Of a stretch of DNA of 64,000 nucleotides, positions 27,088 through 45,800 are shown piece by piece; position 1 is the first letter of the stretch; the number at the start of each line of letters is the position of its first letter. The stretch comes from Macrostomum lignano (taxonomy: Eukaryota), in contig NIVC01000496.1 in NCBI GenBank assembly GCA_002269645.1, positions 1 through 64,000 of the forward strand, written 5' to 3'. The translations under genes and the position numbers were made by a program. The notes under the pieces are model-generated. The model was not told where the DNA came from, did no database searches, and was given only the letters and a program-made list of their open reading frames with translations.

Positions 27088-27270
27088 TATATTTGACTTA
27101 CAACTAACAACTTCATGTCTACACTTTCTATTTTGGACCATAGATATTTTGAGCGTGCAGCATTAGCTCTCAGCATAGCTATATAATTGCTACTCTATGC
27201 TTTTCAATTGCTTAAATTTAGATACTTTAGATTAGATTCAGGACTCAGGTTCCAAAAAACAACTAGTTAA

Positions 27271-32139
<4,869 letters not shown>

Positions 32140-32993
32140 GTCGTCAGAGACGTCAGAGGATGCAAGCAGCGACGATATCAGGGGAATCAGGAGTTCAGCT
32201 GCTAAATGAATTGTATGCATGATTTCTAGTTCAGTTTCTGCTCTTGTTTTGCGATTTTGATCCCTCATTGCTGGTGCAATGCCCGCAGAAGTTAAACCTT
32301 GCTGGTCTGCGCTAATCCCAGGGCTGACGTTCAGTGTGCCATTTTTATTCATCGGTCAGTCATTCTGCTTCTTGCCCTGCGCACCTTCGGCGAGCACTTG
32401 GTTATCGAGCCGTGCCGGAGACACTTGAGATTCTGTAAGCCAAATTGGCTCTGCTATTCATTGCTTTACCATTACGCTTAGCGATTATGCTAATCAGTTA
32501 TTATGAGACACTGTGATTTCCGCTAATTCCCTTTTTGATTCCCCTATTTTGCTACTGTTAATCACTGACGTTATCTTGTTGCCCTGCGCAGTTGCTTCAC
32601 TTGGCTTCGAACTGTTATTTTAGTGTACATATCCTACAGGTAGATTGTAGCTTCGTTGGTGATCGCAGTTTACGACTAGTCTGCGTCTCAACTATTTTTA
32701 GCTTTGTTCTTTGTACGCCCACCAGAAAGGTTTTATATCTGCACTTTTATATCTTATATCTTCACAGAACACTTCGTTGTGCACAAATATTCTATTCCAG
32801 CTAAGTATTTCCCTTTGATTATTTTATCATTGCAAAGGTTTAAAAAAATAGACAGAATAGCGGAGTGCCATTCCGGCAACTCCTTCAGTTCAATAACTGA
32901 TTTGAGTCCTCTTCAGTCTTGCTTTATTTTCACTTAGTTTCATTTGGGCTTCGCAGGCGGTTCAGCTTAACTGCGGTGCAGAGGCAGGCATAC

Positions 32994-35060
32994 TCAGTCG
33001 AACTCGGCGCCCAGCGCGATGCTCACTTCGCCAGGCTCAACTTCTGTCTCGTGAATCCACTTTGACGTCTTTAAAGCAACTGAAAACATTGGTGGGAAAA
33101 TTTAGCCATGAACCTGGAAAACTGTAGCAGCCAACTAAATGTTGTAGCGACTCACTCATGTCCCCGGGTCTCAGCAAGACTTGATACACATGCTGGCAGG
33201 TATAGTAGCAATTCAGAGGCGGCCTCAGGCGCCACCGCTTGCTGCCCTGAATCTGCGCCTGCCACGTGTTGTAGTACACTGCGTCGATCTGCGTGGGGTT
33301 CAGGTTTTTTACGTTAGTTTTTGTACTTGGTTCGGTTTCTGGACTAGTTGGTTCAGGTTCGGTTTCTGGACTAGTTGGTTCAGGTTCGGTTTCTGGACTA
33401 GTTGGTTCAGGTTCGGTTCCGGGACTAGTTGGTTCAGGTTCGGTTCCGGGACTAGTTGGTTCAGGTTCGGTTTCTGGACTAGTTGGTTCAGGTTCGGTTT
33501 CTGAACTAGTTGGTTCAGGTTCGGTTCCGGGACTAGTTGGTTCAGGTTCGGTTCCGGGACTAGTTGGTTCAGGTTCGGTTTCTGGACTAGTTGGTTCAGG
33601 TTCGGTTTCTGAACTAGTTGGTTCAGGTTCGGTTCCGGGACTAGTTGGTTCAGGTTCGGTTCCGGGACTAGTTGGTTCAGGTTCGGTTTCTGGACTAGTT
33701 GGTTCAGGTTCGGTTTCTGGACTAGTTGGTTCAGGTTCGGTTACGGGACTAGTTGGTTCAGGTTCGGTTTCTGAACTAGTTGGTTCAGGTTCGGTTCCGG
33801 GACTAGTTGGTTCAGGTTCGGTTCCGGGACTAGTTGGTTCAGGTTCGGTTTCTGGACTAGTTGGTTCAGGTTCGGTTTCTGGACTAGTTGGTTCAGGTTC
33901 GGTTTCGGGACTAGTTGGTTCAGGTTCGGTTTCGGGACTAGTTGGTTCGGGTTTATTTCAGGACTAGTTGGTTCAGCTTCGGTTTCGTGCTGGCTGGTTC
34001 TGGCTTGGTTTGATTTCTGTTTAAAATGCGATATCTGTTCTTTCGAATGCATTAATAAATTTTGTCAGCTGCACAGAAATAAAAAGCCAAACATTTGAAA
34101 CTTTCCAAAGTAAATATCGATCGTAATTCCTATCACGGTTGTGTACCTAAGATCAATTTTAGGCTAAGAAAGGCGTTGAAAATATAATCGCCCTAAAGAC
34201 TCCAGAATAGCAGGTCTTTGTGCTCACATGGGCTGGCGCGCCCTTGCCGGGTCCGCCGACGAAAATCCACTCAGTGGCGCCGTGTTCGCTGTCGCTGGCC
34301 AGAAATCCCGGCCTTTTGTAGAGCCGCCTCAGCCTCCGAGCAACTCGCTGGTTGCAGACATTCCTGCAAGCGCGTGTTAGTGGCTGTTTGATGCTGACAA
34401 TTCTCAAGGCCTGCAGTTAATATGCGAGCACCTTGAAGTGCAAATGCAGTCGTGTCACTCACCAACCGACGTACCAGGAGTCACGGCTCAGATTTTCCGG
34501 CTCCTTGGACCAGCGGAAAAAGTGGCCAAGCGTTGGGAACTGGTTCTTGTAGTCGAACATCTGGCAGAGCACGCTGGCCCTCCACCGCCGCCCTCTGGGT
34601 GGCCTTCGTTGGTCCACCGGCCCCGCCGGGCCTCCCGATAGAGCCGGCGCAGCAGGTCGAGGTCGAGGCGCCTGGTCACCGCCGGCCAATCCGCTGCGCC
34701 ACCGCGGATGACAACAGGCACGTTCCGCTCCAGGAACTCCGACCGGAACCGGGCTGGGCTGATGGCCTCGGCGCCTGCCTGCAGCTCTGGCAGGCTGGTG
34801 AGGTTGGCGCAGTGGCCGCAGTCGGTGTCGGGCTGCAGTAGCATCTGCACCCAACCCGACTGCGCCGCCAGCAGACAGGGTGCGCTGTACGGGTCGCTGC
34901 CGGGGTTCGCCCGCCTCGCCCAGGCGGCCATGGCGGAGTCAAAAAGTTCGGCCGCCCATCCTGGCGACTCCGGCTCAGGAGGCCAGGCGTGGCGGCCGAA
35001 CAACAGCAGCAGCAGCAGAGCCAGCAGACCTCCGCCTACCTTTTTGGCAGTACCTGGCAT
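32994..35060 (-). CDS. JmjC/cupin-like putative Fe(II)/2-oxoglutarate oxygenase with N-terminal signal/TM anchor (JMJD8-like), ~317 aa, 4 exons (35060-34463, 34363-34228, 33288-33156, 33079-32994), 1-nt frameshift in exon 1
   Basis: Hydrophobic N-terminus LLALLLLLLF and the motif FLERNVPVVIRGGAADWP. Spliced WYVGW|NVC..LRRLYKRPGFL..EWIFVGGPGKGAPAH|IDAV..TWQAQIQGSKRWRL..PGDM|IALKTSKWIHET gives an H-x-D...H metal triad. Exon 1 is one base short of phase. Confidence 0.8.
33325..33965. repeat. 27-bp tandem array (~24 copies) in a JmjC intron
   Basis: Unit GGTTCGGTT(T/C)C(T/G)GGACTAGTTGGTTCA. Confidence 0.95.
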
Positions 35061-35754
35061 CGCATGAGTTGGCGCGGCTGCTTGCAGTCTTCCGCACAGA
35101 GTATTATTTATACCTTGAGTTCAGGTCGACCAGGCTGCATCACGCAACAGGCCAGTTTCCTGGAGCCGGTCAGAGTTCTGCTGGTCGCGTCAATCAGGTC
35201 TACCAGAAATCAGCGAATTTCCGCCGTTTGTGGCTTTCTGAAAGCCCACAGGCTGGGACTCGCCATGCTGGCATTTCCTAGCGTGCATGAACGGATAAGA
35301 AATGGCCTCACATTATTTGACTCTATTTTGCTTATCTGACGAATCGATGCCTTCAAATTGGCAAAGCTCGTGCTGTACAGATTAGATTTGGCTTTTAGCT
35401 TGATGATAAATGAACAAGGTGTTAGTATGCTCATATAGTGGTTTGAGGTGTAAAGGTTGTGTTGATATCGCTTGTGCATCTGTACTCATATATTCGTACT
35501 CATAATCGCCTATTGCACCTGCCCCTTCACGCCAGTGCCTTTATCGCCTCTACGAGCTATTCTGATGTGTTTAATTGTACATTGCAAGTAAGTCATTCAC
35601 CCTTAGCACCCCGCTAAAGCCTTGCGTCAAGCCCACTTTCTATTAAATTGAAAATCAAAAACCTGGCACACAAAGTACTTCCCCTTCTCTCCAGTTATGA
35701 AAAATAAATGCAGGTTTGGCTAAGCAGCAATCGGTCATGAGCCTCCACTACATA

Positions 35755-36265
35755 AAATCTCTGACGAGTCACAACAGTTCTCGAAATTTTCGCATGCCCA
35801 TGCCCATGTGATCATATTAGCTACCGTTACCTTACGTGAAATCTCTGACGAGTCACAACAGTTCTCGAAATTTTCGCATGCCCATGCCCATATGATCATA
35901 TTAGCTACCGTTACCTTACGTGAAATCTCTGACGAGTCACAACAGTTCTCGAAATTTTCGCATGCCCATGCCCATATGATCATATTAGCTACCGTTACCT
36001 TACGTGAAATCTCTGACGAGTCACAACAGTTCTCGAAATTTTCGCATGCCCATGCCCATATGATCATATTAGCTACCGTTACCTTACGTGAAATCTCTGA
36101 CGAGTCACAACAGTTCTCGAAATTTTCGCATGCCCATGCCCATATGATCATATTAGCTACCGTTACCTTACGTGAAATCTCTGACGAGTCACAACAGTTC
36201 TCGAAATTTTCGCATGCCCATGCCCATATGATCATATTAGCTACCGTTACCGTACATGAAATCTC
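35755..36265. repeat. 84-bp x6 near-identical tandem array between the divergent JmjC and polycystin genes
   Basis: Unit AAATCTCTGACGAGTCACAACAGTTCTCGAAATTTTCGCATGCCCATGCCCATATGATCATATTAGCTACCGTTACCTTACGTG, with starts at 35755, 35839 and onward. Confidence 0.95.
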
Positions 36266-36823
36266 TTCACGCGTCGGCCAAGCAACTGCATGCAGTGCTC
36301 TGTGATGAAGTTAAAAGAATTTAGTTTTTGCAGGCGAGTGCAAAACGAAGTTTTGAGTGCAGCATGGAGGAGCTCTGAGCACTTTCACGCCCAATTTCAG
36401 ACAAAATCCTTAGCAAGATTTTATCTGCCTTGTAACTCGTAAATAATTAATTTTCTCAAACCGCCTCGCCCGACATGAGCACTGCTAGTTGCCAAAGCAG
36501 TTGCTCAAAAACAAAGGAGCTGCACTTCCTTCGTAGCAATGGGTTGCCATGGTGTTGCTGAGCTTCGTGCGAGCCGCCAGACCGTTGCCAACGCAAAGCG
36601 CAGCGAGCAATGCCGTACCCGTTTTTGACTCCATTATTCATGAAGCTGGGACAGCTCAATTTGTCGTTTGAATCATTGATGAGGCGCCCAGTGTCACCTC
36701 AGAACCATTTAATACGGCGGAACGACCCCGCATCTCTCGCGCTCAAAGTTTCTTAAAGTCTTCGCCAGCAGGCTCTGATTTGTGAGATTCATTTCACAAG
36801 CACCAGCTTCAAGGACCTCAGTG

Positions 36824-39800
36824 ATGCTGCGGATTTTGCTGCTGCTGCTGCCGCTGCTTCTGCTGCAGCAGCTGCTTGGAGTCAGCGGCCAGGCGCAGGA
36901 AGGTGAGGCAATCGGCAAGATTTCCCCCGAGTAAAATCGCTAAAGCTTGCTTAATAATATGAGAACTTAGAGTTTCTCATCATAGGACAGTATCTCTCAC
37001 GAGCTCACAGCTTTAAATTAAAATCTGAAACTCTCGAACTAAGTGCCAGAGTCTTGAACTAGCTCTAACTCTCGAACTAAGTGCCAGAGTCTTGAACTAG
37101 CTCTAACTCTCGAACTAAGTGCCAGAGTCTTGAACTAGCTCTAACTCTCGAACTAAGTGCCAGAGTCTTGAACTAGCTCTAACTCTCGAACTAAGTGCCA
37201 GAGTCTTGAACTAGCTCTAACTCTCGAACTAAGTGTCAGAGTCTTGAACTAGCTCTAACTCTCGAACTAAGTGCCAGAGTCTTGAACTAGCTCTAACTCT
37301 CGAACTAAGTGTCAGAGTCTTGAACTAGCTCTAACTCTCGAACTAAGTGCCAGAGTCTTGAACTAGCTCTAACTCTCGAACTAAGTGCCAGAGTCTTGAA
37401 TGGAGGCAACCAGAATCGCAAAGTCTGCGACATCAAAGGTGAAGGTCCTGCTACTTGTCTTCTTTGATGCAAGGGACATGTGTCAAGCAGTATCTGGTGA
37501 ACAGCAATGTTACTTTGCTGGAGCAGTTTCCATCCAGGGATTTTTTCCTGAATCTCAGAGAGGGGGCGCAAAGGAACTCTTTTTCCCAACATAGATCATC
37601 AGGAGAGCCACAACGAAGGAACTTTGGAGTGTTCAGACCACATGCACACAGAACTTCTTAAGGAACGACCTGGGAGAGGTTTATAGAAATTATATGCACT
37701 ACTTTTTAAACTTTTCAGAGTCCTACACCTTGGTGATCAAGACTGGCAAAACGGGGACCACCAACAAGGTTTTCTTCAGCCTTAAGGGCCAGATGGGCGA
37801 TTCCCCACAGCAGAGCATCAACTTTGATGGCTCCGACAAGCCTATCACGAGCATGTTCACACCGGGAAAGTGAGTGCCTTCACTGGGCTAGGGGAGCATT
37901 CCCAAGAGCACAGCATGTTCACACCGGGAAAGTGAGTGCCTTCACTGGGCTAAGGGAGCATTCCCAAGAGCACACAGGATGTTCACACCGGGAAAGTGAG
38001 CCCAGTTCACTGGGCTAGGGGAGCATTCCCAAGAGCACACAGGATGTTCACACCGGGAAAGTGAGCCCAGTTCACTGGGCTAGGGGAGCATTCCCAAGAG
38101 CACACAGGATGTTCACACCGGGAAAGTGAGAGCCTTCACTGGGTTAGGGGAGCATTTCCCAAGAGAACATCTGCAACAGTCGCTGCCATTCTCTCTCGCA
38201 AGGGTGGATGTCATCGAAGGCAAATTTCGCGGAGCCCTGGGCTACATCAGCACAGTGAAGGTCAGCCAGGACTCTTACAATGGCTGGGAAATCGAAAGTG
38301 TAAGTTGTCTTGCACTCGCTTGTCTGCTTTAAGTAGTTATTTAGGAGTCGCAGTGCTATGCTCATACCCTTTGGCCCCTTTGGCCACTGAAAGTGCCAGA
38401 CTGGCGCGACCGAGTTCAGTTTTTGTTGTCTCTCTCAGTTAACAGCCACCTCATCAGTGGTATCGCTGATGTGCAAAGAACAACCGAAATCGGAAGGCCT
38501 TAGAATCCTGTTACACCGCGTTTTATGTTTCTGTTAGCGATGCATCATTATGTTTGCTGCAATTCCACGTGCCCTCTCAGATTGTGGTCTTCAGTGACAC
38601 CACCAGGGTGTCCAACAACGAGACCTACATTGTTCGGCAGCCCCAGGACATCAGCTTCAACGGTGAGCAGCGAATTGTCCTTGCTCCATGCTATGACATT
38701 CCCATGACCCATGTGAGCACCGACACTGTGCTTTCCTGCTCCATGCTATGACATTCCCATGACCCATGTGAGCACCGACACTGTGCTGTCCTTGCTCCAT
38801 GCTATGACATTCCCATGACCCATGTGAGCACCGACACTGTGCTTTCCTGCTCCATGCTATGACATTCCCATGACCCATGTGAGCACCGACACTGTGCTGT
38901 CCTTGCTCCATGCTATGACATTCTCATGAACCATGTGAGCACTGGAACTGAGCTGCCCTTGCACCCTGCTATGACATACCATAACCCAATGACTTACAGT
39001 GAACTGCGGCTGGAGCGCCTGGAGCAGCTGGATGACCTGCCAAGGCACCTGCGCCACAGGTGGGGTCCAGATGCGAATCCGCAACCCGAACAGCCCGCCC
39101 AGGATCAACTCTGGCAAAGCGTGCGAGGGCTCCGAGTTCGAGCAGCAGCCCTGCAAACTGGCAATGGACTGTCCGGGTAAGACTGGGCTTCGGGTGCTGG
39201 GTCCAGTAGCTAGGCATGCAACTGGGTAGCTGGGAATGCAACTGGATAGCTGGACATGCAACTGGATAGCTGGACATGCAACTGGATAGCTAGACATGCA
39301 ACTAGGTAGCTGGACATGCAACTGGGTAGCTGGACATGCAACTGGATAGCTGGACATGCAACTGGATAGCTGGGCATGCAACGGGGTAGCTTGGTAAGTG
39401 GTATTTAGTTTGCTTATCCGAGGTATGAAGCGGTGTCAAGAAGCCATATCGGGTATTATTAGGTCGAGTAAACTCAAGCTCAAACAGTAAACACCTGGCC
39501 AGGCCGAAACTTATTGAGGTAAAAATTGAGTCAGAATTTCACTACCAGCATGTACAGAGTCTATCGGCCACTCACTCCACCTGTCAATTTTTACACCCCA
39601 AATTCCACAGTGAATGGCAACTGGAGCGACTGGTCCCCCTGGAGCGCCTGCAGCGTCAGCTGCGCCCAAGGCAGCCGCAGCCGCAGCCGCACCTGTACGA
39701 ACCCGGCGCCCGCAAACGGCGGACTGGACTGTGTCGGCGCCGCCAGCGACACCGGAGTCTGCACCGAGTCGCCCTGCCCCAGTGCGTCCTCAGATCTTAC

Positions 39801-42800
39801 TCTGACTACTCTGAGTCGCTAGCAAATAACTCTGTAACTTGTATTGGAAACTTCTTATTATATCTGTCTGGCAGCTCAGACTCTTGTTACCTCATCTGGG
39901 ATTTCATCTCTGGCAATCACGGAAACCCTGATTTGATCAATCCGTTACTTCGCCGGCTGGCCCTGTGGGAAATATAGCTTACTATGTTAGACCAGGTGTC
40001 GGGTGCCAAAAAGCGGCCAATATTGCAGAAAGATCGACCCCAAGAGCTCCCCAAGCCAGCAGATCCGCACCCGCCCCGCAGTCGATGGCCAGTGGGGCAG
40101 CTGGTCCCCGTTCTCCGCCTGCAACGCCAGCTGCGGCCCCGGAGTCCAGACCCGAGCTCGCCTGTGCAACTCGCCAGAGCCGAAGTTCAACGGCAGGAAC
40201 TGCCAGGGCGACGGAATCGAGCTCAAGACCTGCGAGCTGACTCCATGTCCCAGTGAGTTGGGCTGGCTTCCATAGCAACCATCACCTACATAAACCTGTT
40301 GAGTCACGCTCCCGTAGCATTCACCGCAAAGTCACAGCCTCACAGCCCCATCCGTGCCCCAACCCGCTGAGTCCGTGGCGCACTCGAAGTGCTGGGGTGG
40401 GCGTTGCGTGCAGCAGCCGGAGTCGGGACGAGGCTTCAGCGCGGCCGTTTCCTCGGCAACTTGTCGCCAGGAATTGTCCGAGGTAAGGTGCCGAATTTAT
40501 CTCAGTAAATCTCTGTGTGCATGAATAGGCCTGCTTGAGCTGTGGTTGGATGAAAGCTTTCAAATTTATTCAGCGCAAACTCATTTTTACGATTTTTTAT
40601 AGCGTTAAAAAGACATATAGAATCGCTTCAACACTAAAGCTCGTATTTCACAAATCCTTTCTTCCATGAGCTGCTGGTCCTCAATGTGGACTGCAGCTCC
40701 AGTAGCTCTGGCACAAATCCTCACGCAATTCTGTCCATGAGCTGCTGGTCCTCAATGTGGACTGCAGCTTCAGTAGCTCTGGCACAAATCCTCACACAAT
40801 TCTGTCCATGATCTGCTGGCCCTCAATGTGGACTGCAGCTCCAGTAGCTCTGGCACAAATCCTCACGCAATTCTGTCCATGAGCTGCTGGCCCTCAATGT
40901 GGACTGCAGCTTCAGTAGCTCTGGCACAAATCCTCACGCAATTCTGTCCATGATCTGCTGGTCCTCAATGTGGACTGCAGCTTCAGTAGCTCTGGCACAA
41001 ATCCTCACGCAATTCTGTCCATGAGCTGCTGGTCCTCAATGTGGACTGCAGCTTCAGTAGCTCTGGCACAAATCCTCACGCAATTCTGTCCATGAGCTGC
41101 TGGCCCTCAATGTGGACTGCAGCTTCAGTAGCTCTGGCACAAATCCTCACGCAATTCTGTCCATGATCTGCTGGTCCTCAATGTGGACTGCAGCTTCAGT
41201 AGCTCTGGCACAAATCCTCACGCAATTCTGTCCATGAGCTGCTGGCCCTCAATGTGGACTGCAGCTTCAGTAGCTCTGGCACAAATCCTCACGCAATTCT
41301 GTCCATGATCTGCTGGTCCTCAATGTGGACTGCAGCTTCAGTAGCTCTGGCACAAATCCTCACGCAATTCTGTCCATGATCTGCTGGCCCTCAATGTGGA
41401 CTGCAGCTTCAGTAGCTCTGGCACAAATCCTCACGCAATTCTGTCCATGAGCTGCTGGCCCTCAATGTGGACTGCAGCTTCAGTAGCTCTGGCACAAATC
41501 CTCACGCAATTCTGTCCATGAGCTGCTGGCCCTCAATGTGGACTGCAGCTTCAGTAGCTCTGGCACAAATCCTCACGCAATTCTGTCCATTATCTGCTGG
41601 CCCTCAATGTGGACTGCAGCTTCAGTAGCTCTGGCACAAATCCTCACGCTTCACTTTAACAGTCATAAACAGAGCCGGAACGGCTGCACCAGGCTATGGC
41701 AGTCCCAACAAGAACTGCAACCCGACAGCCCGACATTCCAGACCAGCTTTACTTTATTGCTAATGGCTGGCGACTGAGATGCCCACTCCAGAGCCGTCTG
41801 CATCTCCAGATTCCCTCGCAATCGAACTCACAGGTTCACAAAGTTACACAGTTCTGTGGCATTCTGTTGGTGCATGGGTGCGTCTGAGAGCAACTCTGCG
41901 ATTTTAATTTGCATAAATTAAGCCTGGCTGCCACCTCAGATTCAAGAGACAAAATGCCATCTTGATACCAGATTGCTCTTCGCCATAAGTCAGTGGATCC
42001 TCAGCTGATGCCCATCAGTCAGAGGATCCTCAGCTGATGGCCCATCAGTCAGCGGATCCTAAGCTGATGGCCCATCAGTCAGTGGATCCTAAGCTGTAGG
42101 CCCATCAGTCAGCGGATCCTCAGCTGATGGCCCATCAGTCAGCGGATCCTCAGCTGATGGCCCATCAGTCAGCGGATCCCAGACAATAGCCAATGAGTTG
42201 TTTCCCATATCGCCCAAAGCAAATTCGATGAACATCCCGCAGTCGACGGCGGCTGGTCCAGCTGGGGCGAGTTCTCCAGCTGCTCGAGCTCGTGCGGCGA
42301 CGGCATCGAGATTCGAAACCGGCCCTGCACGAACCCGCCTCCCCAGTTCGGCGGGCGGCCTTGTCCGGGGAGCGCCAACGACTCGAGGTCATGCAATCTC
42401 AGGCCATGCCCGAGTGAGTGGCTAGGGGCTTCCCAGCAGTTTAATGGTGGTCGAATATCGGGATTTAATAAAAACTGCACGAGAGACCCGCAGAGACTCG
42501 AGATGTCCAATCCCGAACCCCTAAACCTTCCAGTTGACGGCCAATGGAGCGAGTGGTCCACCTTCTCTGGGTGCAGTCGCAGCTGTGGCTCCGGCAAGCA
42601 GTGGCGCGGCCGCCAGTGCGCCAGCCCGGTCCCGCAGTTTGGCGGTCTCGACTGCCCCGGCGGAGCCAACGAGACCCGCGAGTGCAACACCAACCCTTGT
42701 CCAGGTGGGTGCTTCGCGTGGAACCAGTTTCCTGATCGAAGACTTAAATCCAGAGAAAGTAGAGAGAATCATTCGAGTAAAAGGGTTGACCACGTGTCCA

Positions 42801-45800
42801 TTGGCAAGATAATATGACTTTTAGACTCTCTCAGCAGCCAGCCTCCCTGCATCCGACGCCATTTTCTTGAACTTCCCTGCAGTGGACGGCGGCTGGTCTG
42901 CCTGGTCCGCCTTTGCTGACTGCAGCGTCACCTGCGGCAACGGCAGCCACAGCCGCCAGCGCAGCTGCAGCAGCCCGGAGCCGCAGTTCGGAGGCCTCAA
43001 CTGTTCTGGCGAGGCGGTCGAATTCGGCAACTGTAACCCCCGACCTTGCCCGAGTGAGTGACAGCCGCTGCTCCCCCTGCCAGCCCCACCTGCCCGAGTG
43101 AGTGACAGCCGCTGCTCTCCCTGCCAGCCCCACCTGCCCGAGTGAGTGACAGCCGCTGCTCCCCCTGCCCATCCCCACCTGCCCGAGTGAGTGACAGCCG
43201 CTGCTCTCCCTGCCAGCCCCACCTGCCCGAGTGAGTGACAGCCGCTGCTCTCCCTGCCAGCCCCACCTGCCCGAGTGAGTGACAGCCGCTGCTCTCCCTG
43301 CCAGCCCCACCTGCCCGAGTGAGTGACAGCCGCTGCTCTCCCTGCCAGCCCCACCTGCCCGAGTGAGTGACAGCCGCTGCTCTCCCTGCCCAGCCCCACC
43401 TGCCCGAGTGAGTGACAGCCGCTGCTCCCCCTGCCCATCCCCACCCTGCCCGAGTGAGTGACAGCCGCTGCTCTCCCTGCCCACCCACCCTGCCCGAGTG
43501 AGTGACAGCCGCTGCTCCCCCTGCCTATCCTAGCCTTGCCCGAGTGAGACTACCGCTTGTCGGGGCTCGGGTCTGGCTGCTCACTTCTTCATCGTACAGC
43601 TCACCTCCTCACATATTTGACCTTTTAATTAGCTTTCGAATAGACCAGAATTTATTACGAGCATTGAGTGCATGGTCCGGATGCGCAGTAATTAATAAGC
43701 CGTGGCAGCACTGGACAACCCATGCACTCGCAATGGCAATTAAATCTCAGTGCTTCAAGCCAAGCCATGCCATGGAACTCTCCCGCAGTTGACGGAGCCT
43801 GGACCAGCTGGTCTGACTACTCGGCCTGCTCGCTCACCTGCGGCAGGGGTCGCCAGTGGAGCCAGCGGAGCTGCAGCGCTCCGGAGCCGCAGTTCGGCGG
43901 GAAAAACTGCCCAGGAAACTCCACCCGCGACCGAGCCTGCCTGGTCACTGAGTGCCCCGTGGACGGCCTCTGGGGATCCTGGGGCGCCTGGGAGAGCTGC
44001 AGCGTCACCTGCGGCAGCGGCACCGCCTGGAGGAGGCGGCACTGCGACTCCCCGGAGCCTCAGTTTGGCGGCAGCCGCTGCAGTGGTGCAGGCAACGAGA
44101 GCACGCCCTGCCATCCGGAGGACTGCCCCAGTGCGTGCTGCCGCATGGTCTTGCTTCCCGTTTCCCCTGTACTCAGCGCATTTGTGCTTGGGCCATTTTC
44201 GCCTATTCCCCGCCCCTGGTTTGTCAATCCAGCTGCACCTTGCAGACGCCGTCACCCGTTCACAGTCATCCCGCCGTTTCTTCCATATTATTTTTTTCAA
44301 TTCTCCGTCATCGCCCGAATTTCAGTAAACGGCGGCTGGTCGCCCTGGTCGGAATTCACCGCCTGCTCCAGGTCTTGTGGGGGCGGCCAGCGCAGCCGCA
44401 CTCGGCGGTGCGACTCCCCGCCGCCCCACGCCGGCGGCGCTGACTGCGTTGGCAGCGGAAGTGACGTCCAGGACTGCGGCACGGACCCTTGCCCAGGTCT
44501 GGCTTGTCTCCTACAAGACTATGCGATATGAGTTATGACCCCGCTGCCAACTATAGCAAGATTTTCCATCTATATTAAGCTGTTGCGTTTGTGTACGGTT
44601 GGGTTGCCAGACAGAAGAATGCCTGCAGGGCCATAGACTTCAGCAGGGGTGTAGCCAGTGAGACAAGGGTGCCGCTGATAAAACTCATGTCACCCCTTCG
44701 CAACTGATTTGGAGCCCATTCACGTCAGTTGTGGTGTCCCCTACCTGCTGATTTGGCCCCCTCACAGAAGGTGAGCCCTTGGTGCCCCTTGATGCTGGCG
44801 CCCCCTTGGTGCTAGAGCCCGTTGTTGATGGTGCTTTAGTGTCTCTGGGAGTATCTAATATTTTGACCGGGTTGAAATTGCTGTCGCCAAACCGATTGAG
44901 GTGTATCGTCCTTCCTGTCTCGTTTTTGTTTCTGGTCTGGAAAAAGCGCAAACTTGAAATCATGAGATGCTGAAGAGAATTCACAGATGCATTTTTTATA
45001 TCCGCCCTCACCCCAGTGAACGGAGGCTGGGCGCAGTGGAGCGCCTGGGGCAGCTGCTCCAGGAGCTGCGGCTCTGGCCTGGTGCAGCGCAGCCGCGGCT
45101 GCACCAACCCTGTGCCCGAATTTGGGGGCGACGACTGCGCTGGCGAGGCTGTCCAATCCACCGCCTGCGACATCCCCGTCTGCCCCGGTGAGGCCCGCCC
45201 TGCCCCAAACACCGCCTGCGACATCCCCGTCTGCCCCGGTGAGGCCCGCCCTGCCCCCAAACACCGCCTGCGACATCCCCGTCTGCCCCGGTGAGGCCCG
45301 CCCTGCCCCCAAACACCGCCTGCGACATCCCCGTCTGCCCCGGTGAGGCCCTCCCTGCTCTCTACCGGGTACTGCTCAGGATGACCCCTCAGCTCCCAGC
45401 TGACTTTTAAAGCTGATTAATCGGGTCGTCAGGCTGTTTAACGGCTCTGCAGCCCCGACCCACGAAGCCTTTCGAGAGTCAAAAAGTCACTGGAATCACA
45501 GAAATTCATGAGTTTTTTGTTCCATCTTTTTGTTAACTAGTTTGTTTCTTGATATTCTGTTTGACCTTTTCGTTCGCAAAGATTTACCTTTCTGCCAATC
45601 TGCCTTAAAAGCGAAGTGTAACTGAGCCGCCTGCCAATTCAATTCCATTCCCAATTCAATTCCAGTGAACGGAGGCTGGGGGGCATGGGGCCAGTGGGGC
45701 GACTGCAGCCTTAGCTGCGGTGGCGGCAACCAGCTGCGCTCTCGTCAGTGCGACTCGCCGAGACCGCAAAACGGCGGAGGAGCCTGCGTTGGCACCGCCA

